This document shows positions 9,803 through 20,982 of a stretch of 64,000 nt of DNA, one piece after another. Origin of the DNA: an uncultured delta proteobacterium (GTDB lineage: Bacteria > Myxococcota > Myxococcia > Myxococcales > Myxococcaceae). The notes beneath the pieces were generated by a model. That model was given only the letters and a program-made list of their open reading frames with translations. It was not told the origin of the DNA and did not search any database. The stretch spans positions 2,688,001 through 2,752,000 of the forward strand of contig CAWCKH010000004.1 of the NCBI GenBank assembly GCA_963796055.1, given 5' to 3'. Made by a program: the position numbers and the translations under genes. Each line of letters starts with the position of its first letter. The first letter of the stretch is position 1.

Positions 9803-12800
9803 TCAAGGGAACGGCGGGGCGCCGGCGACGAACCCGGCCATCTGCATCTGAGCGTCGGTGGTCAGCTGCAATCCGTTGGTGAGGTCCGGGGCACCGCCGC
9901 AGGTCGCGCTGGGCGGCCGGAGCAGGAACGGGTGCCGGTTCCCGGGGTGGTTGCTCGGGTCGGAGCACGCTGGCAGGGCGTTGGTGTCGAAGGCGAACGG
10001 GGTGGAGCTGCCATTGAACTGGTAGGACCAGAAGGGGGCATCGTTGGTCACCGCGACCTTGACCCCGTCGGCCGTCGAGTCCCCCAGCGCCGCCTGCACC
10101 AGCTCGACCGTGGTCTGGTTCAGCACCACCTGGTCGCCGACGATCCACTGGACGAACGCGCGGCGCTTCGTCGGGTCGATGTTCGGGGGCAGCGGGGCGG
10201 GAAGGCTAGCCGAGTGGGTCAGGTAGTAGGAGGCGTTCACCGGGTCGGCCGGGTCGATGATCCACTTGGCGATGCCGAGGAACTGATCGTAGGTGGGCGA
10301 GTTCTGGGCGACGCCTTCCGCAGCAAGCCCGGCGACGAAGGCGTTCTTCTGCCCGGCGAAGCTCGGGGAGAAGAGCAGGTTGAAGATGTAGTCGGAGCCG
10401 GCGACGTTCAGTCCCGCGGTGCCAATCTCCGGAGCCACGGCCAGGTACAGCGTCCCGAGGAAGCTGCCCAGGCTCTGGGAAACGTAGCTCATCTTCGTGG
10501 GATCGAGCTTGACCGACGTCCCCGGCGGCGTGCTCAGGGTGAAGCCGGTGGGGCCGGTAGCCTGGATCACCCGCGCCAGCTGGGCGAGGGAGATGGTCTG
10601 CTGCCGCGCGTTGTCACGCGAGGCGAAGAGGTCGACCAGGTTGAGGAAGTTCCAGCCGGAGGTCGGGATGCTCACCCCGGGCCCGAGGGTGATGCTGCTG
10701 GCGAACCCGGCGCCGGTTCCCTCGCATTTGCTGTCCGGGGCGCAGGCGCCCTGACCGAAAGCGAAGCAGCCGAGATCCGCTGTCGCGGTGCCGAAGGCGC
10801 AGGCCGCGGGCCCGGTGCGGTTGGTGAGCTGGCAGCGGCCCACGGCATTGCACGTCTGGGTGGCAGGGTTGGTGCAGATTGCGGCGTCGGTAAAGGTGGT
10901 CTGTCCGGTGGCGAGGTTCAGGAAGTTGCCGAAGCCGGTGCAGCTGTTCCGGTCGCCGTGCCAGGGCAGGTCGATGGCGATCATCGCCCGGCCGGCCGCG
11001 GCGAGGGCGTTGGCGACGGCGTAGCCCGCGGTCTTGTTGCTGGCCAGCCCGTGGCCGAAGATCGTCACCGGCCATCCGTTCGCCGGCGCGGTCCCCGCGG
11101 GGATGGTGAGGATGAACGGGATCGGCCGGCCAGTGGCATCGGCCAGGCCCGGGGTGAAGTGGCCAGTGTTCAGGGCCCAGAGGTCTACGCTCTCTCCGGC
11201 CCAGAACGCGCTGATCGCAGCGTGCGGGACACCCTGGGCGTCGAGCCCCGGAACCACCGCGGCGGTGGCATCGACGATCCACAGCGGGGCGGCAGGCACG
11301 TTGGCCAGGGTCGGCGCTGCGTGGAGCTGCGAGAGCGTGGAGACCGTACTCTGGGTGGTGAAGGCCCAGGCGAGGGCGACCTTCTTTCGCGGCAGCCCGT
11401 TCTGAGCGAAGTTGTTGAACAGCGGCTCGAGCCCGGCCCGCAGCTGCTCGAGCTGCTGCGCCTGGTCATCGGTGAGCAGGCTCACCGTGCTCTTGCCGTT
11501 CGCATAGAGCGGCGCCGAGGAGCGCGCCAGCGCGAAGGCCGGACTGGGGATGACGGTCTTCCCCGAGCTGTCGACGAGATCGGTGGTGATGTAGATCGCG
11601 TACCGGGTGCGCTCGGTGAGCGGGAGCCGCGGGACGATCTCCAGCGTCTCGGGCTTGACGCCGCCGTCGAGCAGCGTCGGGCTGACGGTGCAGTTCACGC
11701 AGCCGAACGCGTTGAGCGGTGCGCCGGTGCCAGCACCCCTGCTGCTCCCGGGGACCGCGAGCATGTTGATGGGACTGCTCGGGCCCAGGGTGTACGGGGT
11801 CCCGGGCAGCGTGCCCTGGATCAGCGCGGCGGTGCTGGTTCCGTTCTCGCTGACGACGGGCGCGCTGTTGGAGAACCCGTCCAGAGTGTTGAGGCCGTCG
11901 ACCAGCGCGTCAGGTAGCCCGACCCCCTTGGGGAACTGCACGCCGCCGTCGCTGCCGAGCAGGATGTCATTGGGGAAGGGAATGATGCTGTGGGCCGGAT
12001 CGAACGTGACCTCGGCCGCGCTGGTGATGGTGAAGGTCCAGGCCAGCGCGATGTCGCTCCTGTCCAGGCCAGGGACGGTGGCCAGCGCGCCGTCGATGAT
12101 CGGCTTGTAGTTCAGCCGGAGCGCCTCGAGCTGCTTGGCCAGCGCGACTTGCTGCTGGTACGCCTTGGCCGGATCCTTCTCGGTGGTGGGGATGGCGCTG
12201 GTCTGGACGACGCAGTTGTTCCCGGTGGCGTCACAGGTCACCAGCGGCGTGGGGCTGATGACCAGCGCCCAGGTGGCCGATCCGGTCACCGTCTGGCCGC
12301 TGCTGGCGCCCTTGATGCCGTTGGCACCGCCGAGGATCATCACCGCGTAGTGGCCGCTGGTCGGACCGCGGCGTTTCCAGTAGCCGCTCTTGGGCAGGAT
12401 GTTGAGGGCCATGCCCCCCTCCGCCGTGGGTGCGGTGGTGATGTTCACGTCGGTGACCGGGAGCGGGTTGGCGGTGCTGATGTCGAACACCGCCAGGTTG
12501 CCCCCGGCGGTCGGGGTGAAGAGCTGGATCGAGGTCGGGTCGATGGGCTTGTCGAACAGCGCCGTGGCCGTCGACTCCATCGGGAACCCGTCGAGCAGGT
12601 TCAGGTAGTCCCGGTTGAACTCGTTCTGGGCTTCGGTCCCGCCGGTCTCGGGCGCATGGAGGAAGACGTCCGGCTGCCCGTTGGCGTCGAGGAAGACCAG
12701 GTCGTTGGGGAGCGGGATGACGCTGTGGGCCGGATCGAACTCCGCCTCCACGTACTTGGTGGAGTTGTTCGGCCCGATCGGAATGTCAGGGCTGCACGCG

Positions 12801-12841
12801 GCGAACGCCACCGCGAGCGCGAGAAGCAGCAACCTCTTCAT
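9803..12841 (-). CDS. Large lipoprotein lipase/phospholipase (alpha/beta hydrolase, Pla-1/VolA-like)
   Basis: Lipobox AFAA|C, duplicated IP(L/F)PND...LDGF N-terminal module, TIFGHGL oxyanion motif, IDLPWHG, SQSLG nucleophile elbow, DPADPVN, GDQVV and C-terminal HPFLL. Confidence 0.8.
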   Translation of the reverse strand: MKRLLLLALAVAFAACSPDIPIGPNNSTKYVEAEFDPAHSVIPLPNDLVFLDANGQPDVFLHAPETGGTEAQNEFNRDYLNLLDGFPMESTATALFDKPIDPTSIQLFTPTAGGNLAVFDISTANPLPVTDVNITTAPTAEGGMALNILPKSGYWKRRGPTSGHYAVMILGGANGIKGASSGQTVTGSATWALVISPTPLVTCDATGNNCVVQTSAIPTTEKDPAKAYQQQVALAKQLEALRLNYKPIIDGALATVPGLDRSDIALAWTFTITSAAEVTFDPAHSIIPFPNDILLGSDGGVQFPKGVGLPDALVDGLNTLDGFSNSAPVVSENGTSTAALIQGTLPGTPYTLGPSSPINMLAVPGSSRGAGTGAPLNAFGCVNCTVSPTLLDGGVKPETLEIVPRLPLTERTRYAIYITTDLVDSSGKTVIPSPAFALARSSAPLYANGKSTVSLLTDDQAQQLEQLRAGLEPLFNNFAQNGLPRKKVALAWAFTTQSTVSTLSQLHAAPTLANVPAAPLWIVDATAAVVPGLDAQGVPHAAISAFWAGESVDLWALNTGHFTPGLADATGRPIPFILTIPAGTAPANGWPVTIFGHGLASNKTAGYAVANALAAAGRAMIAIDLPWHGDRNSCTGFGNFLNLATGQTTFTDAAICTNPATQTCNAVGRCQLTNRTGPAACAFGTATADLGCFAFGQGACAPDSKCEGTGAGFASSITLGPGVSIPTSGWNFLNLVDLFASRDNARQQTISLAQLARVIQATGPTGFTLSTPPGTSVKLDPTKMSYVSQSLGSFLGTLYLAVAPEIGTAGLNVAGSDYIFNLLFSPSFAGQKNAFVAGLAAEGVAQNSPTYDQFLGIAKWIIDPADPVNASYYLTHSASLPAPLPPNIDPTKRRAFVQWIVGDQVVLNQTTVELVQAALGDSTADGVKVAVTNDAPFWSYQFNGSSTPFAFDTNALPACSDPSNHPGNRHPFLLRPPSATCGGAPDLTNGLQLTTDAQMQMAGFVAGAPPFP

Positions 12842-12880
12842 CTGGAAACCCCCTCCGCAAGGGCCGTCCGAGCCGCGGCC

Positions 12881-12896
12881 ACTGACTCGGAAATCA
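12881..12896. promoter_or_regulatory. Candidate palindromic operator ACTGACTCGGAAATCA upstream of the lipase-fadL operon
   Basis: Near-identical to 6100-6115, with the same orientation relative to its gene, about 40 bp from the start codon. Confidence 0.6.
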
Positions 12897-13039
12897 GGGC
12901 CGTTTGTAGATGGTTTCCACCCATGCGCCAAGCGAATTGGGCCGATTCGAGACTCTTACGCAGTGAGTCAAATCGGCCTCTGCGTCGGGCCGTCGGCCGC
13001 TCGCTGCAAGCCCGTGTCGCATGGGTTAGCTCTCGGTCC

Positions 13040-13435
13040 ATGACCATTGCCCGCACCATCACCGCCCAGAACTTCCGGGAGACCGTCGAGGCTGGAGGCA
13101 TCGTCATCCTCGACTTCTGGGCCCCCTGGTGTGGCCCCTGCCGTGGGTTCGCGCCGACCTTCGAGAAGGCCGCGGGCGACAACCCCGACGTGGTCTTCGG
13201 GAAGATCAACACCGACGAGGAGCAGCAGCTCGCCGCCGCCTTCGAGATCCAGAGCATCCCCACCCTGATGATCTTCCGGGACAAGGTCCTGCTCTTCCGC
13301 CAGGCGGGCGCGCTTCCTCCCGCGGCGCTGGCCGACGTGGTGGCCCAGGCCAAGGCGCTGGACATGGAAAAGGTGCGGGCGGAGATTGCTGCCCATGAGG
13401 CCGCGGAGAAGGCGGCGAAGATGCCTTCCGCCTAG
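13040..13435 (+). CDS. trxA: Thioredoxin
   Basis: LDFWAPWCGPC active site and SIPTL cis-Pro loop. Confidence 0.92.
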   Translation: MTIARTITAQNFRETVEAGGIVILDFWAPWCGPCRGFAPTFEKAAGDNPDVVFGKINTDEEQQLAAAFEIQSIPTLMIFRDKVLLFRQAGALPPAALADVVAQAKALDMEKVRAEIAAHEAAEKAAKMPSA

Positions 13436-13652
13436 CGGGAGGGCTCCGGGGCGGGGGGAGCGGCCGATGGCGGAGCTTCCCCTGCGTCGGGGAGATCACG
13501 ACTCGCCGATGACGAACGAGTTGCCGTCCGGCGGTCCAGCGGGCCGTGGCACATCTGCAGCGTCGCCAGCTGCTCCGCGCATCGCGGAGATCCGCGACCG
13601 CGGTCCCCAAGTACACCGTGCTGACTCCTGGGCGCGCGGGTGATGGCCTCGA

Positions 13653-14132
13653 TCAGGCGATGGTCCCGCGTGCCAGCGGGGCGATGGAGGCCCCGGTGAC
13701 CCGCTGGTAATCCGCCGGTGCGAGCAGCAGCTGTGCACCCCGGATGCCCGCCGACACCGAGATGACGGGCCACCGGAGCGCCGAGGCATCGAGCACCACC
13801 GGGTAGCTCCGTTTGCCGCCGAGCGCGGTCACCCCACCGCGGACGTACCCGGTGAGCGGCTGGACCTCCTTCAACGCCACCGTCTCGCAGCGCCGGTCCC
13901 CCCGGGCGCGCGCCAGTGCCTTGAGATCGAGCTCCTGGTCCCCGGGGACCACCGCCAGGCACACGCCGGTCCGCTCCCCGCGGCAGACCAGGGTCTTGAA
14001 CAGCTGCCCGGCCGGGAGCCCGAGCTTCTCCGCCACCCGGGCGGCCGAAAGATCGTCCGGATCCACCGCGTACGCCCGCAACTCGTAGCGGATGTTCAGT
14101 GTGTCCAGGAGCCTGGCGGCATTGGTCTTCAT
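13653..14132 (-). CDS. ybaK: Cys-tRNA(Pro) deacylase YbaK
   Basis: MKTNAARLL start, QLFKTLV, LDLKALA, TGYVRGGVTALG and VSAGIRG. Confidence 0.92.
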   Translation of the reverse strand: MKTNAARLLDTLNIRYELRAYAVDPDDLSAARVAEKLGLPAGQLFKTLVCRGERTGVCLAVVPGDQELDLKALARARGDRRCETVALKEVQPLTGYVRGGVTALGGKRSYPVVLDASALRWPVISVSAGIRGAQLLLAPADYQRVTGASIAPLARGTIA

Positions 14133-14175
14133 CGGGGCTACGTCCCCACCGGACGCTGCTAGGGTCCTCCGGCCC

Positions 14176-16065
14176 ATGTCCAGTCCTGGTGAACCCGTGC
14201 CCAGGCGGTGGCCCGGCGCGCAGCTCGCCATCGCCGCGCTGGGCGTGGTGTTCGGAGACATCGGGACCAGCCCGCTCTACGCGATGCGGGAGTGTTTCGC
14301 GGAGCACGGAGTCGTCCCCACCGCCGAGAACGTGCTCGGGGTGCTGTCCCTGATGCTCTGGTCGCTCACCCTGGTCGTGGCGGTGAAGTACCTTGGCTTC
14401 ATCATGCGGGCCGACAACCAGGGCGAGGGCGGGATCTTCGCCCTGCTGGCGCTCATCCCCCGCGCCGAGGACCGCTGGGAGATGCGGCAGCGCACCGTGG
14501 TGGTCCTGCTGGCGCTGTTCGGGGCCGCGCTCCTCTATGGCGACGGGGTCATCACCCCGGCAATCTCGGTGCTCTCGGCGGTGGAGGGTCTGAGCGTGGC
14601 CACCCGCGCTGCCGAGCCGCTGGTGGTCCCCGTCACCTGCGTCATCCTCTTCCTGCTCTTCGTCGTGCAGCGCCGTGGCACCGCCCGAATCGGCGGCATC
14701 TTCGGTCCGGTGATGCTGGTGTGGTTCCTCTTCATCGCGGTGGTCGGCCTGGTGGAGATCGTGAAGGTCCCCGGCGTGCTGGCTGCGGTCAACCCCTGGC
14801 ACGCGGTGCGCTTCTTCCGGGCCAACGGGTTTCGCGGCTTCGAGGTGCTCGGGTCGGCGGTGCTGGCCATCACCGGCGCCGAGGCGCTCTACGCCGACAT
14901 GGGCCACTTCGGCCGCCACCCCATCCGGGTGAGCTGGTTCAGCGTGGTGTTTCCCGCGCTCCTCCTCAACTACTGCGGGCAGGGGGCGCTGCTCCTCACC
15001 GACACCGCCGCGCGGGCCAACCCCTTCTACGCGCTGGTCCCCCGACCGCTGGTGGTTCCTTCGGTGGTCCTGGCGACGGCGGCCACCATCATTGCCAGCC
15101 AGGCGCTCATCTCCGGGGCGTTCTCGCTCACTCGGCAGGCGGTGCAGCTGGGCTACGTCCCACGGCTGAACATCGTCCACACCAGCCGGGAGAACGAGGG
15201 GCAGATCTACCTGCCGGCGGTGAACCAGTTCCTGATGGTGTCCTGCATCGGGCTGGTGCTCGCGTTCCAGCACTCCAGCCGGCTGGCCTCGGCGTACGGC
15301 ATCGCGGTCACCGGGACGATGCTCATCACCACCCTGGTCTTCTATTTCATCACCGTGCACGCCTGGCGGTGGCCGCTGTGGAAGGCGCTGTCGGTGACCC
15401 TGTTCTTCCTGGCCATCGACATCCCCTACTTCGCCGCCAACGTGATCAAGTTCGTGCAGGGCGGGTGGGTCCCGGTGGTCATCGCCATCGCCATCTTCGC
15501 CGCCTTCACCACCTGGAAGCGCGGCCGGGCCGAGCTGGCCGAGCGCTTCGCCTCGAGCGCCCTCACCGTGGATGATCTGCTCCAGGACCTGGCCAGGAGC
15601 CCGGTCACCCGGGTCCGCGGGACGGCGGTGTTCCTCAGCTCCTCCACCAACCTGGTGTCCCCGGTGCTGCTCCACCACCTGAAGCACAACCAGGTACTGC
15701 ACGAGCAGGTCCTTCTTCTCTCGGTCCTACCCCTGAACGTGCCCGAGGTTCCCCCGGAAGAGCGGGTCTCGGTGGAGCCCCTGAGCCTCGGCTTCTACCG
15801 GGTGGCGGCCAAGTACGGGTACCGCCAGAGCCCACGGGTGCCGGAGATCCTTCGCCGGGCGCGCTCGCTGGGGCTTCTGACCAAGCCGGAAACCACCAGC
15901 TTCTACGTGGGGCGGGAGACCGTCCTGCCCCGGGGACGGAGCGAGATGGCCTACTGGCGCAAGGTGCTGTTTCGGTTCATTTCCCGGAATGCCCGGGCCA
16001 CCACGGACTTCTTCTCCATCCCCCCGGGGCGGGTGGTGGAGCTGGGGATGCAGATCGACCTCTAG
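14176..16065 (+). CDS. kup: KUP/HAK/KT potassium transporter
   Basis: GVVFGDIGTSPLY, ADNQGEGG, GDGVITPAISVLSAVEG, EALYADMGHFG, GQIYLP and VVELGMQI. Confidence 0.96.
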   Translation: MSSPGEPVPRRWPGAQLAIAALGVVFGDIGTSPLYAMRECFAEHGVVPTAENVLGVLSLMLWSLTLVVAVKYLGFIMRADNQGEGGIFALLALIPRAEDRWEMRQRTVVVLLALFGAALLYGDGVITPAISVLSAVEGLSVATRAAEPLVVPVTCVILFLLFVVQRRGTARIGGIFGPVMLVWFLFIAVVGLVEIVKVPGVLAAVNPWHAVRFFRANGFRGFEVLGSAVLAITGAEALYADMGHFGRHPIRVSWFSVVFPALLLNYCGQGALLLTDTAARANPFYALVPRPLVVPSVVLATAATIIASQALISGAFSLTRQAVQLGYVPRLNIVHTSRENEGQIYLPAVNQFLMVSCIGLVLAFQHSSRLASAYGIAVTGTMLITTLVFYFITVHAWRWPLWKALSVTLFFLAIDIPYFAANVIKFVQGGWVPVVIAIAIFAAFTTWKRGRAELAERFASSALTVDDLLQDLARSPVTRVRGTAVFLSSSTNLVSPVLLHHLKHNQVLHEQVLLLSVLPLNVPEVPPEERVSVEPLSLGFYRVAAKYGYRQSPRVPEILRRARSLGLLTKPETTSFYVGRETVLPRGRSEMAYWRKVLFRFISRNARATTDFFSIPPGRVVELGMQIDL

Positions 16066-16083
16066 AGTGGCATCCTCGGCCGG

Positions 16084-16884
16084 GTGAAGCGAGCCTTCGT
16101 TCCCCTGGCCTGCTGGATGCTGCCGGCGCTGGCGTTGGCGGCCAGCACGCCCTCGCGCTCTCCGGCCGAGGAGCTCGAGGCGGAGCTCGCAAAACAAGTC
16201 TCGATTCCGGAGCCCGAGCTGGTGGTGGTGACCGATGGTCCCGACCCGGTCCGGTTCCAGCTGCTCGAGGCCAAGGTTGAGCTCGACGGCCGTCCGCTCC
16301 CCGGGCCCGTCGAGCCGGGGTGGGGAAGGGAATTCTTCCGGGGCCCGGTGGTCCCGGGGAACCACGTCCTCGCCGCGCAGTTCGCCTACCGGGGCTCGAA
16401 GACCGGCGCCTACCCCTGGGATGGGTCGTTCAGCTACCGGGTCCCCGGCAAGGTCGAGTTCCAGGCCCAGCGGGGCCTCCGGCTGGTGGTCCACCTCCGC
16501 GTCGAGGTACGCGAGGAGCAGGACGACCCGCGCAACCGGCTGGCGTTCCGGGCCGCGCTGGAGCCGGAGATGACCGCCAAGGTGGACGATTCGCCGATGC
16601 CACCCCCACCGCCGCGCAAGGTGACCCCCGAGGATCTCTTCAAGCCCGAGCTCACCCCGCCGCTGGCCTCGGTGCCCCAGACTCCGCCGCCCGCGCCCGC
16701 CAAGACCAAGAAGAAGCCCAAGAAGAAGAAGACCAGCGTGGCCGGCAGCGGCGCCTCGCTCGACGTGGCCACCGCGCGGTTGCAGAAGGAGATCGCCACC
16801 CCCGCGGCGCCACCCCCCGCCAAGGGGAGCAGCAAGAGCTCCAAGTCGAAGGGGCCGCCCGACGCCGGCCCGCTGCAGAAGTGA
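16084..16884 (+). CDS. Hypothetical secreted protein with a beta-rich domain and Pro/Lys-rich tail
   Basis: Signal peptide, beta-sandwich-like core (FRGPVVPGNHVLAAQFAYRG) and low-complexity C-terminus. Confidence 0.7.
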   Translation: MKRAFVPLACWMLPALALAASTPSRSPAEELEAELAKQVSIPEPELVVVTDGPDPVRFQLLEAKVELDGRPLPGPVEPGWGREFFRGPVVPGNHVLAAQFAYRGSKTGAYPWDGSFSYRVPGKVEFQAQRGLRLVVHLRVEVREEQDDPRNRLAFRAALEPEMTAKVDDSPMPPPPPRKVTPEDLFKPELTPPLASVPQTPPPAPAKTKKKPKKKKTSVAGSGASLDVATARLQKEIATPAAPPPAKGSSKSSKSKGPPDAGPLQK

Positions 16885-16908
16885 GGGGGGCGAGCCCTGG
16901 GGAAGCGA

Positions 16909-19014
<2,106 letters not shown>

Positions 19015-19230
19015 GATGTGTGTCTGCTTCCTCTGGACTGCTGGAGGGGGTGCCCGCTCCCTGCTGAAACGGGCGGCGGCCCTGTACTGCCGAACGGGCC
19101 GGATTTCCAGTGGCTGAACAACCTAACGCGGCCAACGCATCACGCAAACTGATGCCACTGCCGTGTCAGTGACAAAAGGATTCACGACGCGGCCGGTCGG
19201 CAGGAATCCCCTGCGATTTCAGGCATGTCC

Positions 19231-20094
19231 TCACTTCGCCACACTGTCCAGCCAGCCGGTGACCGTATGGACGGCGTCCTGGAAGGAGGGGGCCACGAAG
19301 AGGACCTCCTGGTAGACGGTCGGGTCGTACGGACGGGCGGTCATCGCCTCGATGTTGAGGGGGACGAGCCTGGCGTGCGTCTGGAACCGCTCCAGCTCCC
19401 CGAAGGAGGAGAGGAGCCCGGCACCGTAGGCCTTGAGCCGGTCCCCTTCCTTCGCCACCCCGAACTCGAGCGTGTACCAGTAGACCCGCTCGATCTGCTT
19501 CAGCACGTCGTCGCTCACCCGCTCCGCGGCGCGACCGAAGGCGCGATTGAGCTCGGCGAACCCCGGATCGGCGAGGGTGGCGGCGTGGCCCACCAGCTCG
19601 TGCACGATGTCCGGCTCCGGCGTGTACAGCGGCACCGTGTGGTGGCGGATGTACTGGGTGGAGAGGAACTGGTCGAAGCGCAGGTTGCCCAGGAAGGTGC
19701 GCGAGGTGACCAGGCCCGCGACGGGGACCATCTGGAAGCCGGTCGGACTGGAGGCCAGCCTCTGGTTCACCTCGCGGAGCTGCGGGATGCGCTGACGGGA
19801 GAAGGAGACCTGTGCCGAGCAGACCTTGTACTCGGCGGAGGCGTGCTTGCTGTGCAGCGGCGCGAGGTGCTCCCAGACGGTGCGCCACACCCCCTGCTCG
19901 GTGTCGGTGTACTGGACCTCGGGCACCGGGTCGCCCTGGCGCCAGCGGAGCGCCTGCTGCGCGATGTGGTTCCGCCGCGAGCGGTACTCCGGATCGCGAA
20001 AGCCGGGGTGGTTCTGGTCGAGCTGGACGATGTCCTCCGCGCCCGCCTTGGGAGCGGACTCGGCGACGCCAGCGAAAGGGAGTCCCGGATTCAT
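19231..20094 (-). CDS. phhA: Phenylalanine 4-monooxygenase (biopterin-dependent aromatic amino acid hydroxylase)
   Basis: STQYIRH, YTPEPDIVHELVGH (Fe-binding His pair), YWYTLEFG (Glu ligand) and AYGAGLLSSFGE. Confidence 0.92.
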   Translation of the reverse strand: MNPGLPFAGVAESAPKAGAEDIVQLDQNHPGFRDPEYRSRRNHIAQQALRWRQGDPVPEVQYTDTEQGVWRTVWEHLAPLHSKHASAEYKVCSAQVSFSRQRIPQLREVNQRLASSPTGFQMVPVAGLVTSRTFLGNLRFDQFLSTQYIRHHTVPLYTPEPDIVHELVGHAATLADPGFAELNRAFGRAAERVSDDVLKQIERVYWYTLEFGVAKEGDRLKAYGAGLLSSFGELERFQTHARLVPLNIEAMTARPYDPTVYQEVLFVAPSFQDAVHTVTGWLDSVAK

Positions 20095-20168
20095 CGTCCG
20101 GCCAATCTATCCCCTCTGACTGCCAGATGCTCCGGTGCCGCCGTGCGTCGCGCGCTCCGGGTGGAGCA

Positions 20169-20924
20169 CTAGTAGCGCACGTTTTGCCCGCCCAGCAGCT
20201 GGTTCGCCTGCAGGAGGTAGTACTGCGCCTGCTGTGCGTTCTTCTGGGCGAGCGCCGCCTCCGCGGCCCCGACCAGGCGCGCCGCCTCGGCCGCGCGGCT
20301 GGCCTCCGCCGGAGAGTTGGCCGCGTTCGCCGCCGCAGCCGTCTGCTGGAGGGCGACGCGGGTCGACTGCAGCGCCGCCGGGTCCCAGTCGCCGTAGGCT
20401 TGCAAGGACTGCACGGTCCCGTCGATCGAGCTGCGGGCACCGTCCATCTGCGTCGCGCGCTGCGTCCGGGCCTGCTGCTCGGCGATGCGCGCGTCCTCCG
20501 CCGCGCGCTGCTGGGCGGCGATCTGCTGGAGGGCCTCGGTCTGGGCACGCGACTGCTCGACCAGCTCCTCCATGTAGGGATTCGGCTGACCATCCGTCCG
20601 GTCGGCGCGGGCCTTCTTCCTGTGCGACGTCCCTGCGTCCGGCGGTGCCGGCTCCTGCACCGAGATGCGGGTGGATGGCTCCGGGGCGCCGTCGGCTGCG
20701 GACCGCACGCCGCCATCGCGCGAGGCGCTGGCCGGCCGTCCAGCGTCGGTGGCCGGCCGCTGAGCGTCCCCCCGGAGGACGCCCGCGTCCGGGCCGGCAG
20801 GGCGAGGGCCAGCGTCGGCGGCGCGCGCCGCCTGCGGGGCACCGTGCGGCGCGGCCGGGGCCCGGCCTGGAGCTCCGGCATCCGGGGCCGCCAGCAGAGC
20901 GGAGAGAAGGAAGAAGCCGGTCAT
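20169..20924 (-). CDS. Hypothetical secreted protein (PDAG-rich linker plus helical Ala/Gln-rich domain)
   Basis: Short signal peptide, repeated DAG/DGG motifs, coiled-coil-like C-terminal half. Confidence 0.7.
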   Translation of the reverse strand: MTGFFLLSALLAAPDAGAPGRAPAAPHGAPQAARAADAGPRPAGPDAGVLRGDAQRPATDAGRPASASRDGGVRSAADGAPEPSTRISVQEPAPPDAGTSHRKKARADRTDGQPNPYMEELVEQSRAQTEALQQIAAQQRAAEDARIAEQQARTQRATQMDGARSSIDGTVQSLQAYGDWDPAALQSTRVALQQTAAAANAANSPAEASRAAEAARLVGAAEAALAQKNAQQAQYYLLQANQLLGGQNVRY

Positions 20925-20982
20925 CGGCAGGACTCTAACGCGGAGGCAGTCCGGGCGACGGCGCGAGCGCAGGGGCTCCGCC

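Noticed and set aside
13436..13652. Possible small ORF or ncRNA between trxA and ybaK
   Set aside because: No recognisable motif, convincing RBS-ORF pair or RNA family structure.
19143..19156. Sigma54-like TGGCATCAGTTTGC upstream of fusA (minus strand)
   Set aside because: Spacing is one base too short.
19164..19174. Palindrome TGTCAGTGACA upstream of fusA
   Set aside because: Short single occurrence with no independent support.
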